DNA of 11,230 bases from a bacterium (GTDB taxonomy: Bacteria; Zhuqueibacterota; Zhuqueibacteria; Oceanimicrobiales; Oceanimicrobiaceae), in contig JBHHYI010000135.1 in the NCBI GenBank assembly GCA_046757525.1, forward strand, positions 1 through 11,230. The letters are read 5' to 3'. How positions within the stretch are numbered: position 1 is the first letter of the stretch; each line of letters starts with the position of its first letter. Position numbers and translations under genes: made by a program. Below are positions 7,009 to 11,230 of this stretch, one piece after another. The notes under the pieces are model-generated. The model saw only the letters and a list, made by a program, of their open reading frames with translations. It did no database searches and was not told the origin of the DNA.

Positions 7009-8424
7009 TCAAATTTCAGTTCTATTGATCTTCGCTTCAAGGCGGTTAGACATGAATTGTTCTATGCACAGGTCAAACCTGTTTTCATCGCCAGAGATGT
7101 CCATAGTACAAGGCAATTGTGGATCGTGCCTGGCAGGTACGAAAGAAATCCAATTCATCGGCTTGTTGCGAGCCTTGTCCGTAGGAATATTGGAGGGGGT
7201 TGTTGCAGCATCCGCATATCTGGCGAAATCGTCCGGCAGCTCGTTCATTTCAATAAGGCCGTTTCCGTTCTCGTCCAGGCTCGCTGTGGCATGCTGCTTG
7301 TTGATGATGGGCATCCCACGAAATTCCTCTGGAATCTCGTCATAATATTCATCGTGAATCAACCCGTTGGTGGTGGAAGACATGGCATGTGCAAATTCAT
7401 GCAGCGGAGTCTTGAGCCGGTTGTCCCAGGCAGAATAAGCCACCATGCCCGGCACCTCGGCAAAAGGGGCGTGATGTCGTTTGAACTCCCGACTTAAATT
7501 TTCAAACGTGAATTCAGGTCCGCCTCGACTTTCGTCATCAAAGGTAAAAAGCGCCGTGGAACGGGTGTGCGTCTCCGAGGCGGTCACAGCAAACACAAGG
7601 TCTATGACTTCCGGGACATCAAGAGCTTGCAAGTGTGGGGTGTGCGCAAGGAAGTTCTTGAGGCGCTCTTCGTCAACTGTGTACTCAAAAGGTTGGCCTT
7701 CGACAAACGGTGTGCCACCTGTGCCAACCTTTTCGTACACGCGTTGAATGGGTTCGATGATGGTGTTGAAAGCGCACTCCTTGCACAGCGCATTTTTCTT
7801 ATCCAGCGGTTGGTTGGCTAAGCTGGGATCGAAGAGCGTAATGATGCGCATTTTTTCTAAAAATTTTTCCTTGATCATTGGATTGCTGGCCAGACTGCCA
7901 AGGATGCAGGCGACTTTTGCCTGAAACAGCTTGGGCTGTCCAAGGATCGGATCTGGTCGCAGGCTGTTGTCCAATTCCGACTGGAGCACTGGATTGGCAA
8001 TGATGGCGATGGTATAGGGCGGCTTCGTCCCGCCGGCTTTGACCCCCGGGCTGATGATGACCGGTTGTTCGGAAGCAGTGATGGCGTTGGGTTTTTTCAA
8101 TTCGACACCACAAGGCGCCGGAGCCCTCCACACATTGTAGATATAGGCGACCAGGAGTCCAAAAAGAAACCCGTGCGCAAAGCCGTAGATGAGTCCCAGC
8201 AAAAGATCGGCTGCTCCCAAAGGCTGTGAATATCCGGGATAGTAAACCGAAATGGTTTGCACAAAACTCGTCATTAAATTGTTCATGCCCAATAAGGTCA
8301 TCACCACCACGAACAAAGCCCAGGCACTGCCCAAGGTGACGCCAAAAGCTAACACAGCCCAATAGGGACGTTCCCTGGGATGAAAAATGGCATTTTCATT
8401 CAGGAACTTGTATTTAGTAGCCAT
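7009..8424 (-). CDS. 2-TM-anchored zinc metallopeptidase, metzincin / peptidase M64 (IgA peptidase)-like, with an EF-hand loop, 471 aa
   Basis: SD AGGAGAGAGG before the ATG. Two N-terminal hydrophobic helices with a YPGY loop. HEFAH (aa 342-346) is followed by GLIHDEY, with a Met-turn-like CTMD (aa 439-442) and RFDLC. DENGNGLIEMNE (aa 384-395) matches the EF-hand loop. The CDS is firm, while the M64 subfamily call is moderate. Confidence 0.8.
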   Translation of the reverse strand: MATKYKFLNENAIFHPRERPYWAVLAFGVTLGSAWALFVVVMTLLGMNNLMTSFVQTISVYYPGYSQPLGAADLLLGLIYGFAHGFLFGLLVAYIYNVWRAPAPCGVELKKPNAITASEQPVIISPGVKAGGTKPPYTIAIIANPVLQSELDNSLRPDPILGQPKLFQAKVACILGSLASNPMIKEKFLEKMRIITLFDPSLANQPLDKKNALCKECAFNTIIEPIQRVYEKVGTGGTPFVEGQPFEYTVDEERLKNFLAHTPHLQALDVPEVIDLVFAVTASETHTRSTALFTFDDESRGGPEFTFENLSREFKRHHAPFAEVPGMVAYSAWDNRLKTPLHEFAHAMSSTTNGLIHDEYYDEIPEEFRGMPIINKQHATASLDENGNGLIEMNELPDDFARYADAATTPSNIPTDKARNKPMNWISFVPARHDPQLPCTMDISGDENRFDLCIEQFMSNRLEAKINRTEI

Positions 8425-8458
8425 AGCCTCTCTCCTGAATCTTGAAGGTAGATTTTGT

Positions 8459-9643
8459 CTATTGGTCGGGCAAGGATTTTTTGTCTTTGAGTTGTTTGCG
8501 CGCTGTCTCCGACCATGTGGATATTTTGTCTATTTTTAGATATTCTTGCCACGCTTTTCTGGCTTCTTTTAATTGACCCGTCTGTTGCAGCAACAGGGCG
8601 CGATTGTAGGCGGCCTCAGCATAATCCGGACGAATTCGCAAAGCCCGGTTGAACGCTTCGATTGCCCGATCGCTATTCTCCCGTTGTGCGGCCAGCAAGC
8701 CACGCATGTTCCAGGCTTCATGGTCCAGCGAATCCTCTGAAATGAGTGCGTTAACCAGGCTGTCTGCCTTGGCGTATTGACCTGTGAAATACCACGCGAT
8801 AGCCAGCCCGTGCTTGGCTGCGCGATTCTTCTTATTCCATTTCAAGGCGTTTTCAAATGGCAGTGCCGGGTCGCTCCCTGGTGCGGGTTCTGCGCCGAGT
8901 GTGACCGAAAAGATGCTTCTGGGAAAATCGCCCGGCGGGCGCAGATCCGCATCTGTAATGGTCCATTGTTCGTGCAATTGTTCCAACCCTGCTCTGGTGT
9001 TGATTTCTGCGCGCCAGCTTCGAAACCTGCCCTGTCCAACAACAAGCAATAGCAGCACAAGTGCGGCGGCAGTTAAACCCCAGGCTGCCGGACGCAGGTT
9101 TAGCGGGTGGAGACGCACTTTCAGGCCGGTTGTCAGCTTTTTCAACGTCGCCCACAAATTAAACTTTCCCTTGTGACCTCCACCGGCGACCACGTCCGCC
9201 AGGATGCTCGCATCCGATCGCACCGGGACCTGCGCCATTTCCGGAATCTGTTTGGGCACGAGCTCTGGCGTGGCTTCGCTCAGTTTGATGAGGATGCGCT
9301 GATAGCACAAAGGAGAGGTTAGCAGGGCGTCGAGAAGCCGCTGCGCCTGGGGCGCGCCCAAATTGCCTGAAAAAGCTTGCATGAGCAGATCATCTAATTC
9401 CAGGAATGTAACAGGTTTTTCCGATTTGGGAGGGCTTTGTCTTTCCGGGCCTGCTGTGGTTTGCAGTTGATCGACCAACTCAAAAAGCAATTCGTATGGT
9501 TTGTGTTTTTTGGTGGTTGCGGCAATTTGTTGCGTTTGTGCGGCTGAGCAGCTACCGCGCAAATAGGCTACAAGGTGCTCGTGGGGAATTTTGGGTGATT
9601 CAATTTCATTTGTGTGCTGAACATCCTGAGAGTTACCTGGCAT
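8459..9643 (-). CDS. Membrane-anchored TPR protein with degenerate zf-HC2/anti-sigma-like N-terminus (putative transmembrane anti-sigma factor), 394 aa
   Basis: GAGGA lies 7 nt before the ATG. Two anti-sigma-like helical units (HEHLVAYLRGSCS... and LDDLLMQAFSGNL...RLLDALLTSPLCYQ). TM at aa ~186-203. About three TPRs (e.g. AWNMRGLLAAQRENSDRAIEAFNRALRIRPDYAEAAYNRALLL), ending AWQEYLKIDKISTWSETARKQL. The TPR and TM calls are firm, while the anti-sigma role is inferred. Confidence 0.85.
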   Translation of the reverse strand: MPGNSQDVQHTNEIESPKIPHEHLVAYLRGSCSAAQTQQIAATTKKHKPYELLFELVDQLQTTAGPERQSPPKSEKPVTFLELDDLLMQAFSGNLGAPQAQRLLDALLTSPLCYQRILIKLSEATPELVPKQIPEMAQVPVRSDASILADVVAGGGHKGKFNLWATLKKLTTGLKVRLHPLNLRPAAWGLTAAALVLLLLVVGQGRFRSWRAEINTRAGLEQLHEQWTITDADLRPPGDFPRSIFSVTLGAEPAPGSDPALPFENALKWNKKNRAAKHGLAIAWYFTGQYAKADSLVNALISEDSLDHEAWNMRGLLAAQRENSDRAIEAFNRALRIRPDYAEAAYNRALLLQQTGQLKEARKAWQEYLKIDKISTWSETARKQLKDKKSLPDQ

Positions 9644-9675
9644 AATGTATTCCTCTTTGTCGTTTAGGGACCCAC

Positions 9676-10077
9676 TCAGGGATGCGAGGCTGTTAGCTGG
9701 CTCTGGTTGTAATAATCTCGCAAGATCGCGCTATATTCCTCAAAGCATCGGTAGCAATCGTTTAGATGCTTCATCAAGCGAAGATAATGGTTGTCGTTCC
9801 TTCCATTCCGGGGCTCGATTAAAACATAGGCGACGAAAAAATCTGTGTTCTCGTGGAGCCGTGGTTGTTCCTCACGGCAGCAATGGGGTGGTATGCTTTG
9901 AAGCACTCTCTCTACCTCCTCTGGTGCTGCTAACAGTGACTCACGACGGTCGCGTAAAGATTGGAAAAGCTTTGCTTCTTGAGATGAAATTGTTGATTGA
10001 ACAGCCTCGGGGCTTCCATTGTTTTTGAGAATCGCCAGCGCCCTGCCAAGAGTGAGTTTTTGTTTGTTCAAATGCAT
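9676..10077 (-). CDS. Small soluble protein with a zinc-binding anti-sigma (ZAS / zf-HC2-type) HxxxCxxC motif, ~133 aa
   Basis: KHLNDCYRCFEEY, with the HxxxCxxC core at 9745..9768. No TM. Directly downstream of the sigma gene. The start is uncertain: ATG 10077, TTG 10071 (better spaced from AAGGA), or TTG 10101. Confidence 0.75.
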   Translation of the reverse strand: MHLNKQKLTLGRALAILKNNGSPEAVQSTISSQEAKLFQSLRDRRESLLAAPEEVERVLQSIPPHCCREEQPRLHENTDFFVAYVLIEPRNGRNDNHYLRLMKHLNDCYRCFEEYSAILRDYYNQSQLTASHP

Positions 10078-10157
10078 TTCCTTAGTTAACTTGCCTGCCA
10101 AACGATTCGTAAATCGTAGCGTTTGTTAATTAAGTGGCCCAGCGCACCTGGATTCTC

Positions 10158-10805
10158 TCAAAAATCTTCGAACAATTCTTTATTTTTCCGTAAACATTTT
10201 CGCATTCGGTTGACCACATTGTCAACCACCCGGCCTCCAATGGAGCTTAAACAAGGAATCGAAAGAATCATTTCATTAGAGAAATCTGCCCAAACATACA
10301 ATTTAAAGATGTTGATATCGCGTTCGGTGGTCCGCTTGCTCCCTTTGCACTTGCGTAAGGCGGAGACGTAATAATCATAGAGCTGCCAGCGCATAGCCGG
10401 GTCAATGCTTTGGATGCATTGGTGGAGTTCATCGATGTCATTTTCGAAAAGTGGTTTGATGAAGAACTTGTTGACATGCGTGGAAGTCTTTCGATTGCAA
10501 ATGATGGCCAGCCAGGCCAGAAACATTTTTTCATTGTCCCGTGCACGAAACTCCTGGAGAGCACGGCAATTGTTTTTGTAAAGCTGGGCGGTTGCATTGG
10601 AAAAGATGTCGTTTACCACCTCTGAGAGTTGCCGTCGCATGCGGCCATTTTTGTACATCAAACACCGATTGAGGATGACGTTGTACATGTATTTCTTGTA
10701 GCGCCGAATGAATTCTGACCATGCGAACTGCCATTGCGGGCAATCGGGATTGCTACAGAACTCGAGCAGTTGCCGGAAAGCAAGTCCTTTGTTCGATTGA
10801 CTCAT
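10158..10805 (-). CDS. RNA polymerase sigma-70 family factor, ECF-type (divergent), 215 aa
   Basis: Region 2-like AWSEFIRRYKKYMYNVI...NDIFSN...FLAWLAIICNR. Region 4-like ERDINIFKLYVWADFSNEMI...VDNVVNRMRKCLR. ECF-typical size, and followed by an HxxxCxxC gene. Confidence 0.8.
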   Translation of the reverse strand: MSQSNKGLAFRQLLEFCSNPDCPQWQFAWSEFIRRYKKYMYNVILNRCLMYKNGRMRRQLSEVVNDIFSNATAQLYKNNCRALQEFRARDNEKMFLAWLAIICNRKTSTHVNKFFIKPLFENDIDELHQCIQSIDPAMRWQLYDYYVSALRKCKGSKRTTERDINIFKLYVWADFSNEMILSIPCLSSIGGRVVDNVVNRMRKCLRKNKELFEDF

Positions 10806-11024
10806 TGCGTTAGACCTGTGTTGCGCAACGTGGCCACACAGAACGAATGCTCAGTTGCGACAAGAAATTTCCAAGCTTATTTGTCTTAAAGATATTTGTA
10901 CCGTTCGCCCCCGGGGTAGCACAGATTTAATTCGAAAGCGGTGTTTCCTGTGAATGACAAGAGATGAGAAAACCACAGCAACTTGGATCTTTACACCAGT
11001 TAACGAGCCATTCTTCCCTAATGA

Positions 11025-11054
11025 AATTTAGCATTGTGGTCAAAGATCTGTCAC
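11025..11054 (-). promoter_or_regulatory. Candidate sigma70-type promoter for the sigma/protease operon
   Basis: The minus strand reads GTGACA-N18-TAAATT with an extended -10 TGn (TGCTAAATT). This implies a ~210-nt leader. It is a motif match only, in an AT-rich region. Confidence 0.3.
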
Positions 11055-11155
11055 CAAGAGTTAGGAGGTATAATAAGCGCAAGCCAGTGTTGCAAAAACA
11101 TCCAATCCCTTGATTGAATTTCATCTTTTTTATTTTAACGAATTAATGAAGAAAA

Positions 11156-11183
11156 GTCAACAAAAAATTTACGGGAGTGTAAC
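11156..11183 (+). promoter_or_regulatory. Candidate ECF-type promoter for the divergent gene
   Basis: GTCAAC (11156..11161), then a 16-nt spacer starting with an A-tract, then TGTAAC (11178..11183), just before the SD. This fits the general ECF AAC-N16/17-(C/T)GT pattern. Confidence 0.3.
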
Positions 11184-11187
11184 AACG

Positions 11188-11195
11188 AAAGGAGG
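11188..11195 (+). promoter_or_regulatory. Strong Shine-Dalgarno site
   Basis: AAAGGAGG lies 5 nt before the ATG at 11201. Confidence 0.8.
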
Positions 11196-11200
11196 CTGTT

Positions 11201-11230
11201 ATGTCTACTTCAACCCTCGAAGCCGAAGAA
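11201..11230 (+). CDS. 5' end of a divergently transcribed gene (MSTSTLEAEE...), truncated by the window edge
   Basis: ATG with a near-perfect SD, and the frame stays open to the end of the window. The product cannot be determined from 10 codons. Confidence 0.7.
   Translation, partial: MSTSTLEAEE

Noticed and set aside
6999..7040. Longer ORF-track start at 7040 (likewise 47 and 3077 for other genes)
   Set aside because: Downstream ATGs at 6998, 59 and 3044 have well-spaced SD sequences, and 6998 avoids a 32-bp overlap with the upstream gene.
7799..8362. 187-aa same-strand alternative-frame ORF inside the peptidase gene
   Set aside because: It is fully nested, with Arg/His/Gln-rich composition typical of an off-frame translation. 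The main frame is uninterrupted, so no frameshift is needed.
10102..10117. Small hairpin ACGATT-CGTA-AATCGT between the sigma and ZAS genes
   Set aside because: It is a 6-bp AT-rich stem without a U-tract, too weak to call.
11062..11074. TAGGAGGT (perfect SD) fused to TATAAT (perfect -10) on the + strand
   Set aside because: No ATG/GTG/TTG lies at a usable distance after the SD, and no good -35 lies at 16-18 bp. It may still be a real -10 for the divergent gene, but this cannot be supported from sequence alone.
10927..11124. 65-aa minus-strand ORF in the divergent intergenic region
   Set aside because: It has no SD and no recognisable features, and lies in the probable promoter region. It cannot be wholly excluded as a leader peptide.

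Overview
Bacterial DNA with two convergent units. The + strand (59..2476) carries an ordinary MacB/FtsX-type duplicated ABC permease, bracketed by two near-identical ~36-bp palindromes (1..36 and 2545..2580). The - strand (10805 down to 2649) carries a tightly packed seven-gene, operon-like cluster. In order it encodes an ECF-type sigma factor, a small soluble HxxxCxxC zinc anti-sigma-like protein, a membrane-anchored protein with degenerate anti-sigma-like helices and TPRs, a 2-TM-anchored HExxH metzincin (M64-like) with an EF-hand loop, a single-TM unknown protein, a TM-anchored TPR-CHAT (caspase-like) protease with an intact His/Cys dyad, and a standalone 2-TM protein with a poly-Pro tail. 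The most notable pattern, found by aligning the proteins to each other by eye, is that the six non-sigma genes fall into three paralogous pairs. Each protease has a non-catalytic partner carrying a copy of its N-terminal module, and the two anti-sigma-like proteins resemble each other. This suggests a possibly undescribed membrane-associated, two-protease signalling or defence cascade controlling an ECF sigma, which is inference only. A divergent gene starts at 11201 and is cut off by the window edge. No database searches were run, so family assignments rest on motif recognition.
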